Notes under the pieces: model-generated
Told to the model about the DNA's origin: nothing
Seen by the model: only the letters and a program-made list of their open reading frames with translations
Databases searched by the model: none
From: Sphagnum compactum
Lineage: Eukaryota
DNA: 64,000 bases
Assembly (NCBI GenBank): GCA_965153455.1
Contig: OZ234494.1
Location: 5,332,001-5,396,000, forward strand
Reading direction: 5' to 3'
Shown here: positions 1 through 14,478 of the stretch, one piece after another
How positions within the stretch are numbered: the first letter of the stretch is position 1
Layout of the letters: every line of letters begins with the position of its first letter
Translations under genes and position numbers: made by a program

Positions 1-1686
1 TTGATGACTAGAGACAAATGACCTTAGTCATACATGCCATCCATGACTAAAGGTGATTGTGATGCACATGACTATATCAAATGGCACATTGATTACATGA
101 TTAAGATTGGGACATAGTTGCAAAATTTCCTTGTCATGGATGCTAGGTTTTGGCATAGTGCAACCACAAAATGCATACATGAAAAATAATCAATCCTTTA
201 TGAACATTTTTCACATTGCAACCACCTTTAGGATAACACACAATGCACATCATATCCTCTTCTACGTGCTTAAACTTTTGCTTAAAAAAACATTGCAAAT
301 AACTCCATGCATATGAACACCATTTGTGCACTCCTCTACAACACGTCAAATCACAAGGAACATGACAATAAATAAAAAAAACATAACAAACAACAACAAA
401 AAAATGAATCCACAAAAAGATAGAGCTCAATGGATCACAAACATAATAGAAAGATCAAGATCATCTTCAACATGGATACAAAATCATTGTTCATCTTCTT
501 TCACAACATTTTTGAACACACAAGTTCTTTTCTTCTTTTTCAATATTATACAAACTCGAACCCCCATTTAAAAGTTAGTTGCCAGGAACAAGACTATAAT
601 TTTTTTGTGCCAGTCAAATCAAGCTCCAAACTTGATAAGCCAAAACCAAAAGAATGTGAATGAATGGAAGGAAGGAAGAAGGCACAAAATGTAAGGCCCT
701 AAGGAGTAAAAATGTTCTACTCTTCTTCCCACTGCAAAATTGACTTTGAGCATGTACTCCTCCATTGATGTGTTCTCTAATCATCACAAATGGTGATAGT
801 GGATTGCATGACTATAACAATGTTGCAAAAGAACGATGATCAAGTGACAGATTTTGCTAGTTCTTAAAGTTTTCTATAATTTAGCAATTTCCAATGATTT
901 CCTATACATTAAGATCGCCATATTTTCTTCAACAGGTTAGGGAAAATTGTTAAATCGTTATATTTGGTTCTTGTGTAAGACAAATGAATAGCCATAAATA
1001 AAGAAGGATCCTTAAGAGTTTGTCCTCGATTATTGGTTTATGGTTAGATTTGGCTAAAACTAGATAAATGGGGTCATTCATGATTGGGGTTCCAAAAAAG
1101 AACATTTTATTTTTAAAAGATTACAAAGCCCAACTTTGGGTTTTTATTTTACTTAGATTATAACAATTGCAGTGTATTGTTGTATGCTAATAGATAAAAT
1201 GATGTCTTGTTAAATTAATAAAAATACTTTAAAGATTTTGCATATTATGTAAATGCCTTTTTGAGCCCTTCAAAGAAACTATACTAGTTGTTTTAACTAC
1301 ACTTTTAGAAAATAGGAATGTATACAATCATGCAATTCATTTCAAACTTTTTGTATAAGAAAAACATGTTTCCTTCTATGCAAATACATGTTCATTAAGT
1401 GAACATGATGAGAAAACAAATCATACCAAAATATCAAAGCCTTGAAATTTTGAACCAAAAGGTCACAATGGAAAATACTCATTTTTCTTTCCTACCATTT
1501 GGTTAATTGTTTATATTCCTTAGGCACAAAATTTTTAGCTCCAAGCATAGGTCACATGCAAGAAATAATTGTGTAAAAAAACATGTTTGGTTGTCCATAA
1601 AAGTTGATTTTGGCATTTAAAGTTTTTTTGTAAACCAAAATATTGATGCACAATTATGTGGACACATGAAAAGTCACCACTAGCAC

Positions 1687-1846
1687 CAACGTTTTTTTTT
1701 GGGGAAAAATTTCATTATTTTTGGACATAGAAATTGGGAAATTTTTGGAAATTTTTGTTTTTTCCAGTGCAAATTCGATTAATTTTGCTACTTTTTTGTT
1801 AAGATTTGCCAAAACTTTTATATAAAAAAAGAAAAGAAAAACACTA
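1687..1846. mobile_element. hAT-type MITE (short, AT-rich family)
   Basis: Perfect 8-bp direct repeat ACTAGCAC at 1679-1686 and 1847-1854. Degenerate TIRs CAACGTTTTT / AAAAACACTA. Similar copies near 22750-22920, 46802-46941, 49360-49520, 52221-52395 and 55077-55225. Confidence 0.8.
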
Positions 1847-3218
1847 ACTAGCACATGAATTATCTTATTTTGGACTATTAAAATTTTCTAATTCTAATTT
1901 GTTCCATGTAGATATTATTTGTCAAAATTAGCCCTAAAAAAAATCCTACAGTCTTTAATCCTTGTTTTAGATTCCCAACCATGAGCCCAAATATACCTTG
2001 AAATGGTCACCAAGGGTTCTACATCTTCAAGTGTGGACAATGGCTAGTTAAGATGCATTTTAAAAACCTAGAAAAAAAACTAGCAATTATTAAAAACATT
2101 CGTAATTTTGGTGATCTTTCATTAATGTAGCAATCATGAGAGATATTGTCCATATATGTTTGGATACTAAAATATGTGGTCTTGAGACATAAGATTTACA
2201 ACCTTTTCATTATGTTAAAACCACACTAAATTGTAGTACTCGATGAAAAAGGTAGTGAAGAAAAATGGGTGAAAGGTCAAATCAATCAACCCAATTTCCA
2301 ATGAGGACATTAGTCACATGCCAACCCTATCCACTCTAGGCAAGGACCACTTTAAACACCACATAAAACCTTAATTTGAACCTAACTAGTGTTGTATTGG
2401 TATAGAGGGTGCAACTTGGGTACCTATCTAATATTGGACGAAATGCCAATAATGAAAAAAAACCAATCGAATTTTATTTGAGGCAATTGCAACTTAAAAC
2501 ATATACTAGTTTAATATGTGACCTAAGGTAATGCCATGTATATACGTGCCTTTTTCCAGTGTCAACATTCGGTTTATACCTATTATATATACCATGAAAA
2601 AAATAGCCTTTGACTTAATAAGAATATTGGATTGGTATGAAAGTTTTTAAAACTACACAACACGAATATCTGCCAAGTATGGAGAAAACAAAGACCCCCC
2701 AATATCAAGAGCTTTAAAGCAAGGCCAACTCCACCAATGCACTAAACAACATGTTTTAAATGAAGAACAACAAAAATTGCTTGTTTTTAGTGAAAGTGGA
2801 TCCAGTGCCAATTATTTTTGGAACCCACCCCTTCAAATCCTTGTAGGTGATCAAGTTTCCATCATTTTTAGATTTGGAATTTTAGGTGTATTTAATTTGG
2901 AATGTGCCATTTTTAAAAGGTGAAACTTATACTGTTTTGGAACTAAGATGAATGATTAATGTGGCTTGGAATGGAGGGATATATATTACCAATTAAAACA
3001 ACAATTGATTTACAACCCCAACTTTAGAGCCATGCCATTGCCATTTGAGTTTTTAATTAATGTGCCATTAAATATTATTATTACTATTATTGATTTTAAA
3101 AAATAAATTGACAATAATTTATTAGTGCTAAGTAAGTAATATGTAGTACATAAGTAAACCTACCTACCTTACCCTACCATGACTTAAGCTAGCCTTGTTA
3201 ACTAGGCATGTGAATAGG

Positions 3219-3290
3219 TTGTAAGTATGAAGAATTGAATCCCTCACATACAAAAAAATGAACTATCCTTAACCAATGGACCACAATGTT
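3219..3290 (-). other. degenerate tRNA-like cassette (Pol III A/B boxes)
   Basis: Reverse complement reads GTGGTCCATTGGTTAAGGAT...GGGATTCAATTC, resembling an A box and B box at tRNA spacing. No convincing cloverleaf. Embedded in TAGGT-rich repeats. Confidence 0.45.
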
Positions 3291-6099
3291 GCAAAAGGTG
3301 ATAATGTCTTTGTCAATATGTTCATTTGACATGTTTATTCCAAATCTTGGGACATAATAAATATCGGTAAGTAATAGGTAGGTAGGTGAGTAGGGTAAGC
3401 TAGGCTAACTAGGTGGGTGGGTAAGTAGTTATTTAGGCTACACCTACCTTACGCACCCACTTACCCACATACCTACCTAGCCTACCAACTCGCTACCCTA
3501 GTAGTTAAGCACAATCTAGCTATTATATTATAATTTTCATATTATAATAATTATATAATCGTTATATAACCATTATACAAGCTAAAAAATTTATATTATC
3601 ATTAAATTATAATTAGAAACTACTGATGTGTTATTTTCCCATGTAATAAAAATGTAGGCTAATCATTTCTTGTAACGTATGTGGTTGATTTGATTGAATG
3701 TCAAATTATTATGGCCAATTTTATTAAACCTTGGCCATTTTGATTGACATTATCGACATTCTTTTTTTTTGGGGTCCTTTTTAACTAGATGTCTAAAATT
3801 GACACTTAGTGAAAAAGGTCACCTTAATCAAAATAACTACATGTATATTTCATGCCAAGCCTTTAGTGGATGTGAGCACCCTTTTTGGTCAATGTAAACA
3901 CTTTAGTCAAGTTGAAGCTAGTAAAAAGTTGTGATTTCTTATAGTGAATTAAATTATATATATACATCGGGCAATCTTTTAAAGGGATTTTAATTTTTGA
4001 ACGTGCCATTTACAACACAACCCATGCAACAGATTTCACTAGAGAATATTCATCAAAGAATGGTCAATAAAAGAAAGATGATGTGATACCAAGGTTTTTC
4101 CCATGGAGATGTTGGATTGGAGATGATAGTTGCAAACTAAAGTGGGTCATTTTTTGTGACATTCTAGTTGTCTACAAGGTATAGCATATTGAATTACAAT
4201 GAACATTTGGTAAAATCACCAATGGGTGAAAACATGGTATAATGAATCAATGACACAAAGGTTAAAGTCACTTTTTAATGATTTCATTTGACATGTGGCA
4301 TTCATGTGTTGGTATATTGTCCTAAATTTTGTATTTTATATCCAATTTACAACTTTTGCTACATATAAATATTTTTTGACTACATATTGATTCTATATCA
4401 TACATATGATGCATCCATGTTATTTAAAATCAAATAACTTTTATTCAATACATATTTTCAAAAATTGTAAATTTTAGAACCAAAAGCATGTTCAAATCAA
4501 AATGTGATGTAAACATGAAATTTCACCCATTTCAATTTGTATTGTTTTTTTAATCATCAATATGAAGATCCTCTTCAATTTTGACAAGGAATTGTGAACA
4601 TTTGATACCAAAAAGGATATTGTTTGAAAAAAAGATTGTCCACAAGCATATTTGGGTGCAACGCAACCTATTTCAAAAAATAAATAAATCCAAATGATTG
4701 TGTTCCCTTTGTGATTTTTTGAAAATTCTAGATTATAGTTTCAAATATTTCCACACCCTTTAATGGCTCCTTTTATTATGTTGTCACCCCAATATGCCAA
4801 TTTTTCAAGTGGTTTTAGATCATCAACTTGAATAAGAACATATACATAATAGTATTATACAACAAATATACATAAATGATGGACATTTGAAATGAAAATA
4901 TATGGATTGTTATTGCATCTGCACTTTTGTTTTTCATTTCAGAAATCTTATAGGAACTTAGCATATGATGCATTAAAGTTCAAAAAATAAATTAAAAGGC
5001 TTTGCTAGAATAACCTTGACTAAAAAATAGTTATGAACTTTTGGATGACTATATTTGGAATTTACTTTTCAAAAATCTCTATTTGTGTCATTTTTTGTGG
5101 ATTTTGTTTTCCTCTAGCATGTATCTTAAAGTGATGTGTAAGTAGGTTGCTCTTTCAATGGATCAAATTGGTCCAATTTTCACCATGTTGTGATTGCCAT
5201 TCAACCAAGGATATCATTGAAGTAACTATAAATTGGGTGAAAACATGTTATGGGTGGCCCAACTTGGGCACTTTCATGACATATGTCTAAAATATACTCT
5301 AAATGTGTTGCATCTAATTTCAAGTTTCACATTTGGTGTTTGGGATTTATATCTTGATTTTAAAAAATTAATGTTATCAATATTGCTCGAAAGAATAAAT
5401 TTAAAAAATTAAATTCAGGGAATAATGGGTATATTTATGATATATGCACTATAATAAAACTCGTTTCTTATTTTAAACTACACTAGTCTCTGGTTTGAAT
5501 TAGCCAATTAAAAATGTTTGAAATGAAAATTTAAAAAATAGCCCACCTAATTTTTTAAAACATTTTTTATCTGAAAATGATTGGTTGCCAAAATTTTAAT
5601 TTATCAGATACTTATGGTCATTGCCCTAAAAAAAACCTATTTGTGATATGATAATTATCAAACTCTTTACATAGTTCACAATTGTCTAAACTTTAATGAA
5701 TTTGTAGCAATTTCTTCTATTTGGTGTTGTGATTCTTCATCAAATATGATTGGAATCATGAATATTGAAATAGCTGTAGATGCATGCCATTTCAAGAATA
5801 CAGGGCATGAAGTTGATGGTGTGGGGGAGTCTTGGATAACCTCATGTTAGAAATTGAAACGAGGTACCCTTAATGGTTGCCCTTTGACTCTAAATCTTGT
5901 GACATGGGTGCAAGCTATTTAAAGAACTTCTAGCCCTGCAAGTCGGAAGTTGCACACTAAAAGAAATACCCATAGACCATCGCATGACTCACTAACCCGG
6001 ATGACTAACCTTCCTTACTAGTTTTGGCTCATAGGAAAATTTTAATTCTTGACAAAATTCTAGAACCCTATTACGCCAATACATTCATAGATGCGCAAT

Positions 6100-6420
6100 C
6101 ATCAATATCCAATGAAAATTACCTTTTTATGAAGTAAAGAGACAGAAGATGTTTGCATAGGGTAAAAGCCCCATGGTGGGGACATTCCCAGAATAAGGGG
6201 GGGGCCTTAGAGAAGGTGATGATAGTCCAACCCCACATTTGAATAGCGAATTTCCCCATCCCTTCATGTAATTTGGTTTTGGTTTGAAAACGTTTCGTCT
6301 AAACAGATGTAGATCATGACACATGAATATGAGTAGGACGAATGTTCATGCAAACAAGGTGCCCTCCGAGTACACTAATGAACTTATCGGGGGTCTTTAC
6401 ATGTAGGTTAAGGCTTCCTA
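6100..6420 (-). mobile_element. possible degraded LINE (L1-type) zf-RVT-like fragment
   Basis: Broken minus-strand frames give ...MKGWGNSLFKCGVG...LFWECPH..., similar to the C..C...HLFWEC motif of plant LINE ORF2 C-termini. Heavily frameshifted. Confidence 0.3.
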
Positions 6421-8477
6421 TGGAATGTATTGGGGTGGATGGTAAGACCCAATGAGTGAGGCATTACCGAATCATAAAGCCCTTGGAGGGGGGATACCTG
6501 AATTAAGAGCCTTCCCTCAGTTGCCACCTTGGAAGTGGCCCTTGCTCATGGGGTATTGGCCTATGCTTGAAATTGGCCCACTACAAGGGCCTTATGCAGA
6601 GTGAAAAGTTGGGTGGCCATTTGTTGCACAAGCCCTAGGGCACTGAAAAGATGGGTCCTAGTCTTCCACCAAAAGCCCTAGGGTAGTGAAGAAGTTTGAT
6701 GTGATAAATACCTATAGAGGCCCAATTAAGGTGAATGGGTAGAGATGCTCTCAGGTCAAGGCAGTAAACTATACAATTAAAATGTCACATAACGTGTACT
6801 AGGGGTCAAGTTCCTTGCCATAAACAAAGTAGAGGGCTGATTTTCCTACAAATAATGCAGAGTCTCAGGGAAGAATCTTACAATTTAAGAAGCCTGGAAA
6901 AAAGTGGTAGAATACATCAAATGTTTTTTTTAAATTAGGGGACTTTAGGGTGAACCAGCACCCTTATTCTCATATTTCTTTGGGACATTTTTATCATGTA
7001 ATAATGGTAAGTGCTGGTTCACCCAAAGCATCCAGGGGAGAGGAAACTTTTCTTTTCTTTCTTTTCTTTTCTTTTCTTTTAATTTAACGTCAATACCCGG
7101 ACCAGAGAGATCCATTTGCTGAACGCATTAATTTAACCAAGCTTCCACAAAAGGCAAATATGAGAAAAGAAGATGTGAGGTGATTGCTTTAGGCCCAAGG
7201 ACAAAAAGACATGCCATGACTCATAGACCTTCCTCTAGGCAAGTGGCACCTTTTTCTTAAAGAAACACTTGCTTTTTTTAACCAGGTTAGACCACTCTAG
7301 GTTAATAGGTGACAGGTCCCTAGTCCCTACCAAAGTGGGCAAAAACTGAAAACACTACTTTCTATGTTTCCACTTTTTTCTCACAAACACAACTCTGGTG
7401 GGATACACCTTAGATGTAACCTAGTTTTGGGGTGTCTCTATTTAGGTTGTATGCTACCTAGCCTAGCCTAAAATACATAGGTGATATATTATATATATTA
7501 GGTGTACTAGCCTAGGGATACTAGCCAGGTATATTAGCCTAGGTATATATTATGTTAGACTATTATACCTAGTACCTAGCAAGCTAGGCTGCCTAGCCTA
7601 AGCTAATATACATAGGTAATATATTAGGTAGATGGATGATCATACATTGTGGTTGTTAGATGTTGAATGTACATATTTCAAGCTTTGTGTAACACATACA
7701 AGTATATAAAGCTAATTAAGATGTGGGAAGGTGTACATGTGCTCCAATGGTGTTCATATATCCCAATGAATGTGGTAAAATGATGTGTAATGCTGGACTT
7801 GTGTTGGACTCACTAAATTGTGCGTAGTTGGTCATATTGCACAATGAGAATACACATGCAATCCACTATATTGGACAAAAGAAAAAATTAAAAAAATTGA
7901 TTTAATTAGAATAAATATTTGTCCAATGAAATCATCCACACAAGATCCACCATAATGAAAGTGCAATGATTTGTTCCACCCATATGCCCTACACAAGGCA
8001 TGGGTAACCAAGACTTCCACCCAACAACCAATTGGGTGTAATCATGTATGGTTTAGGATGTAGTTTCTAGTTATGTTGTTGTTAGTTGCACAAACAATAT
8101 ATGCAACTTTTAATTTCTGTGTTACTGCACTATAACTTAGTTTACACATGATGTAGGTATAATCTTCAAGTCATTTCTTGCATGATTAATTATCATCTGT
8201 CACCTTTGCTGCATTTTAAAATCTTCATGACATGATCTAGTATTACTAGAATGATGATTTCATACTTATGTAGAGTTTTGTGCATCTTGTTTTCATCCTT
8301 CAAGGAATAATATATCATGTGTTAGCAGTTTCTATATGTAAAAGTTTTTGTGTATCATTTCCTCCTTCTTGGAACAACAATATAGTTTTATGGGTTAGTA
8401 ATTTCTATGTTTCTACATTTTTTATTATTATTCAATGTTAACTACAATGTTCTAGTTTTATGGGAAACAAGGGTAGT

Positions 8478-10305
8478 CAGGGTTGTCAACATCCTGTTTT
8501 TTTGGAGAGATCCTTGGGACTTAAGGGACATTTCAAATAGGGGATCCCCCTTTAAATTGTAGGTTTGGTATTTGAATTTTAAGGTTTAAAAGTGTCCCAT
8601 CAAGGTTTGAGGGATGGTGGGAATACTCTTCAAATATGTTAGGGGATAACAAGCATATTAGACAATGTCAAGGAGATGCTAGGGGACACCAAATGACATT
8701 GAAGAAATGTTAGGGGACATCGAGAAATGTTGCAAAAATGTTGGGGGATGTTGGGTATTGTTTTTCAATGATGGCCTAGGAACATCAAAAAGACATCTAA
8801 GGACGATGGGAAGACATTGAAGTACTATAGGGATGATATATATAAAAGCAAACGTGGTGTCTGTCTGTGTGGACAAAAATTGGGCAGTGCCTGGAAGATT
8901 CTTCCAGTCACTGCCCGTTCCTGTGGAGCTGGTCTGTAGTAGATGGCAAAATAGGATAGGTGAGGTGATAATCAGGGCACAAAATCAGCACCCATGGCAC
9001 ATATAATCCTATATATAAAAGCAAACGTTGTGTGTGTGTGTGTGTGTGTGTCGAGGTCCTGAAACCCAAATCCCGTTTGTCCGTCTGTCGAGGTCTTGAA
9101 ACCCAGATCCCGTCTGTCCGTCTGTCTGTCTTACTTAAACCCCTAAACCACATCCCCAAGAAGAAGAAGAAAAACAAGACGAGGTCCTGAAACGAGCGAG
9201 GTCTTCAAAACCTTCGAGGACCTGAACCGAGGTGGCCAGAATCCTCGGTAAAGGACCTCAATCGAGATTCTTAGTACCCGGTCCAGACCTCGAGACGGAC
9301 CTGAAACGAGGTTCCCAGAAAGAAAACCCGTCGTTGGGGACGTGAAACGAGGTCCTCAGAGAGAAAACCCGTCGTTAGGGTCCTGAAACGAGGTCCTCAG
9401 AGAGGCCAAAAAAAACAGCGGCCAGGGCAGCCGCTGCGGGGGGCCGGGCGAGGTGCCACGGGTGGCTGGGGTGGCGTAGCCACGGGTCACAACACTCGTA
9501 GGGATGATGGGCAACACCGATGGTCAACAAGGATGTTGGGTATGTTTGAAGAGACATCAAAAGACATTAGTCAACACTGCAAAGATGTTGGGGGGGGGGA
9601 TGCTAGGCAATGTTAAGAAAATGTTCGGAAACATTGGGCATTTAAAAAAAATTGGGGGACATCATATTAATTTATTTTTTCAAGCAATGAGGATGTTAAG
9701 AAAACATTGGGGGACGATGGGGATGTTGAAAACCTGGGAAACATTAGGGGACATTGGTTTTTGTACAACAAGGGACGTAAGAAAAAACAACTAAGGACAA
9801 CAATAAGATGTAAATCCAAACCAAAAGATTAAATTTTTGTAGACATATATTAAAAATTCAGCATTGTTGAGGACATTAGGATGTTTTTGAAACATAGTAC
9901 TTAACCTAGGGGCACGTTCCTGAATTAAGGAGCCAACATGCATTTTATAGAAGTTTTTAGTCGGTGCTTAAATAGTCTCAAAAACTTTACATGACAATTT
10001 GGGATTAGTTGAATGGTGTTTAAATAATGCTTAAATATTGATTAAACAATGTTTCTTAGCACTATAAAACAATGGTTATAGTGCTTAAAAAATGTTTTTT
10101 GATATTTTAAATTCATTGAATTTTTTTCAATTTTATATAAATGTTACATTGACATGTTGAGAACATTATTGTATAAATTTATTGAGCTTTCATAAAGCTT
10201 CAAATTAGGCATGGTTTTAATTACTTAAACCTAAGTAGTGCTTACATATCAAGTGATTCCTTAATTCATGAATGTACCTCAGGGATGTTCCTTTTGGCAA
10301 CCCTG
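8478..10305. mobile_element. non-autonomous hAT-like element with GGGACAT subterminal repeats
   Basis: TIRs CAGGGTTGTCAA (from 8478) and TTGGCAACCCTG (to 10305). Many GGGACAT/GGGGAT motifs inside. The TSD is poorly conserved. Confidence 0.6.
8836..9498 (+). mobile_element. two abutting non-autonomous Helitron-like units
   Basis: The 5' motif ATATATAAAAGCAAACGT occurs twice (~8838 and ~9011; the second is preceded by A|TC at 9007). Followed by a (GT)n tract, internal CGAGGTCCTGAAAC repeats, a 3' GC hairpin GTGGCGTAGCCAC and CTCG|T at 9495-9499. Confidence 0.65.
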
Positions 10306-10339
10306 GTTGTGGTTGAGTTGTTACAAGTAGTTTTGGTTT

Positions 10340-11380
10340 ATAATTTGAAATATCAAAAGCTTTTGTGTGTTTTTTGTGGATTGATCATAATGCAATGTTA
10401 ATCTATTCATTGTTCGTGTGCAATATGCAAGAGTTCATTGACCCCACAATTATTCATGAGTTGCAAGCAAGCCAAGATGAAATTCTTGTTATTCCTACTT
10501 ATTCATTCCCTACTTCGGGTGACTTGATTATGGCCTCAGAGAAAGTAATGAACAATGTTGTGATATTGTTCCATAGCTTTGAACTCATGACAAATGATAT
10601 TGATTTCATTGTGGCACATGTTATAATTCTTTCACACATATATAAAACAATATTTAATTTTTTTTTTAGGTTTTTTTTTTTGGCTCTAGGTGCAAACATA
10701 ATAAAAAGACTCACCTTAGGTGTAACTAGTGGTTGGTTTTACATGTTTTTAAGTGGCACATCAAATTAATGTTGAAAATATTTTATGTACTTGTGCAACA
10801 ATATTTTTATTAATATAGTATGGGATCATTTGAAAAAGTTTGAAATGAATAAAATGAACATAGAATACCCAAAAACACTTTCGAAACACTATAACCAATG
10901 TTTTTTTTACTTAATGCACTCTTAAAAAGATTTGAAAAGATTTGGAAATGACATATAATTGTTGGAAAATTTTAAATATCAACTTGAACGTGATAGTATA
11001 ATGAAAAATTTAAAACATTAATTATTTTTCCAAAATATTTCAAAAATATTCTTCACCAAACATTAGACAAAATGGGCAGGTGTGAGTCATTTTAACATGT
11101 TTGGACATTCTTGCATGAAGATGATTTTTTAAAAAAAGGTTTAAAAGATCAAATTTAATCATGAGTTTTAAATGTGCAAAGTTACTACACATTGACTATA
11201 TGTCATCATTGTTGTAATATTGAATAAACATATTTGTGGTGTGCCATGACATCCATTGTGTTTTCATGTTTTGCTTATGTAAACAAATATGTTGGCACAA
11301 TGTGTTGAAATGACATGCATGTGAACGACTATGCCAATGCTTGTCATGAATCATATTTGGGCTTGGTAATGGCCTAGAGT
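10340..11380 (+). pseudogene. degraded copy of an unidentified spliced ORF (paralog of 61494..62479)
   Basis: MQEFIDPTIIHELQASQDEILVIPTYSFPTSGDLIMASEKVM aligns without gaps to MQEFTDPLLTREVQASQDEARVALALLYPTSGDLIVALERVM at 61.67 kb. 11220-11380 also matches 62020-62172. Confidence 0.65.
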
Positions 11381-13129
11381 TCTCATTTAAAAAAATAATG
11401 ACTTGGATGTGGATGAGTATTGAAGTTGTGTCATTAATTTGACTGAATGTTTGTAATCCATAATTAACTATATGATTAGAAACTAATTAAAAGTACGACA
11501 TCTAGTTTTTTCCTTCCCTCGTGTTCATTTTTTTTTCCTCATGTTGTTTGCTATTGTTGTTTCTTCCTCCTTGCAAGTTGATCTTCTTATGCAATTAATT
11601 GTAGCAACTACACTTTTCTTGTAGCTTTCATAGGCCTTGCCTTTGTGTTATAACTTATCTTGTTGCACTAAGATTCTCTTGTTGAACTGGATTATAATAT
11701 GTGTTTAAAAATATTGAGTACTCGTACTCCTTGCAAGATTGTGCACCAATTATGGGAATCAAGTTGTGATGGTATAGTTGAAATTTGGTGGGTTTTAATC
11801 TGGGTGGGTGGGTGGGATTCATGATTTGATCATTGATCTTTTCATGAAAAGAAGGGGATTGATGTGGTTAACCAATTATAAATATGATTTTGATAAATTT
11901 TTTAACTTTACCAAAACATATTATATTGGGACTTATTTTTATTGTTTTTCGATGAGTATATGATTGCTTTTTTGTTGATATTTGCTAATTTTGGTTTTCC
12001 TAATAAATGTTGAAGAAAATTTTCCTCCAAATTTTTGAGGCCAATAATGAGAAATTTGATCACTTTTGGTTTGTTGATTGGCCCAAAGTCATTGCTTGTT
12101 TGGGGGCCAATGGGTTCATGTGTGAAGCCATTGAGGCTATATGGTTTCATTTTTTTTCTTTTTATATCATTTTCCCTCTCATCTTTGCTTCCTTTTTCAA
12201 ACTAAACCTTAAAATGTAGACCACCATGGATGAGCATAGGACATAAAAATTGACCTAGTTCTCACATAGAGGCATAAAGAACTGAAACCGATGGTTCTTG
12301 AAAAAAAGTGAAAACCGCCCAACACTGGTAATAACATGTCAAATCACCATGAAAAAACCCAAAGGTAGAAGAAAAAAAAAAGTGTGTTGAATAAAACTGA
12401 CCCAATTTTTAATATTTTAAAATGTATATCATAACCCAATTCTCAAGGTATTCGGTTCTCATTCATTGGAGAGTAGTTGGTTTTCACAAATTTGGTTTTC
12501 AATTTAAAAAAAAAATCCTACCTACTAGAGTGTTTCATAAAATGAGCTTGCTTTGACCTTGCTTGGGGCCTTCTTTCAAGCTCTAAACTCATTGTTGAAA
12601 AGTAATGAAACTTTTCTTAAATATGGTATAAAATGTTGAAACTTAAGATTTAATGCATGTGGTTTGAAAACATTTATAACTATAGTACAACCAGCATTGC
12701 TAGTGAACGGTATTAATTTGTTGAAGGCGATTACAAAAAGGCAGACAATATGAAGTTTAGAATTTGAACCATTGAGCTCCATTTAAATCCATTTTATTTT
12801 TTTCATTGGGTTTTAGAAATCTCATCCTCTTTATGATTTTATGATTGTTTTTTCTTTACTTTATGGAAAATTCTACTACTTATTGGGCTGATAACCAAAC
12901 CTAGGTTCAGCCCACATGGGAATTGAGGTTTTAGTTTTTTTTTAAAAATCATTGAAACCAGTTCTTATGGGAATTGATTCTTACTCTTGGAGAACTTAGG
13001 AGTCAGTTTTCAGTTTCATTTTCATCAAATGCGATACATGATGGTTTTCAATCTAAGAATCAAATTGAAAACCAAAATGAGATTGGGCCCCCCTTTGAGA
13101 ACTGCACAACATTGGTTATTACTGTAGTT

Positions 13130-13600
13130 GTAGCATTGTGTTTCATCAACATTGTAGTGCAATGATGATGACGGTTGTTTTCATTATGGAAGCAAATGAA
13201 GTAGTCAAAAAGAGCTCTGTATGGAACTATGAGCGAACAAGTGGTTTCAAGGAGAGGCAACTTTTGGGGAGTGATTTAGCGAAGATGTTCAAGCAATGAA
13301 CAAGGTTAATCCCATAATTTTTTTATTTGTGTAGTATTGTAGTTCCATCATTGGGTAGGGTAGATTCTTGCATGCGATCATGCATTTTAGTGGAAACATG
13401 AGCAGGCATCACCCTATTTCATTTAGGTAATGGTAACACTTCACAAATGTGTGATGAAGTGTATGGAATGGCTGAAAGCATTACATCTATCATTGTAAGA
13501 AACTTTTATGCAACTATTAAAAAACATTTAAAACCTTCGTGATAGAAAGATTAATAGCAAGTAGGATAAGAAAAATGAAAAATGAGTTTTAAGAAGTGGA
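13130..13600 (+). mobile_element. PIF/Harbinger transposase pseudogene fragment
   Basis: Translation FYLCSIVVPSLGRVDSCMRSCILVET*AGITLFHLGNGNTSQMCDEVYGMAESITSIIVRNFYATIKKHL matches the N-terminal HTH region of Harbinger/HARBI1-type DDE transposases. Contains stops. Confidence 0.75.
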
Positions 13601-13801
13601 AATTGAAGGGGCATCATAATCGAAGAAAGACAAAGAAATAAAAATTAAAAAAAAATTGTTGCAAGTCACACAAGCTCATGAGTTATTAACCAACACATTT
13701 TATGAAACAAAATTAAAACATGAAGGTATAGTGTTTTTCACAACTACACCATCTGATTTTGAATCTGAATAGGTTTCATGGATCTATAACTTATTTATGA
13801 G

Positions 13802-14190
13802 TCAATCCATTTGATGAGTAATTCTTTCCAACAGAACATTGGTTTTTTCAAAAAAATTCACTATGATGATATTGTTTTCCACCATTTTGGTGAATTGGTG
13901 AATTGTTTGTTCATGAATTTTTTTCTTACCACTTTTAGTCGTAGATCGTGATGTTGCCTTTGAAGTTGGTTGTTTTTCCAACAATTCACTGTTATCTTCA
14001 AATTGAAGCAATTTGTGTCATTGGCAAATGTATTGACATGTTTCATTATGATATCTATTTGATGCCACCATTGATCAATGGATTCACAGAACTTACATTC
14101 ATGCCTGTCTTCTTGTGAAATGCCATTTGTTAATTTGTTGGTTTTGTATTGCATTGAGCTTCTTTTTGCCTGCTTCAACTACCTTTGTAA
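13802..14190 (-). mobile_element. probable second ORF (Myb/SANT-like partner) of the Harbinger element, degraded
   Basis: Frameshifted ORF pieces (CKFCESIDQWWHQ...; KSGKKKIHEQTIHQFTKMVEN...) converge on the transposase fragment and lie inside the right TIR at 15567. Two-gene layout is typical of PIF/Harbinger. The domain assignment is inference. Confidence 0.45.
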
Positions 14191-14452
14191 ATTCAGGAAT
14201 TGTCGTGACAATGTGAGCATGTACTTTTAGCCATACATCAACCTTTAAACATTGAAATTGAAAATTAGAAATGTTCATATGTGGGCCCTATGTTGTTTAA
14301 AAGTCACAACTGTAATCTAGGGGTTGATTTAGCTTTGAAATGGTGCAAAAAAATTTGTAAGAAAATTACATGGGTTGAAATTGTACAAGAAAAAAAGAAT
14401 TTACTTTTTTACACTTTGAATGGAATGGCTTGGTGATTAGGCTCCTTCCAAA

Positions 14453-14478
14453 CCCCCTCCCCCCCCCCCCCCCCCCCC
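14453..14478. repeat. poly-C tract (G-run on minus strand)
   Basis: About 25 C with a single T interruption. Confidence 0.95.

Noticed and set aside
107-663. Short overlapping ORFs at the window start
   Set aside because: Low-complexity, repeat-like sequence with no recognisable protein motif.
3219-3290. Functional tRNA gene (also 35481 and 40876)
   Set aside because: Acceptor and anticodon stems cannot be formed convincingly; kept only as tRNA-like cassettes.
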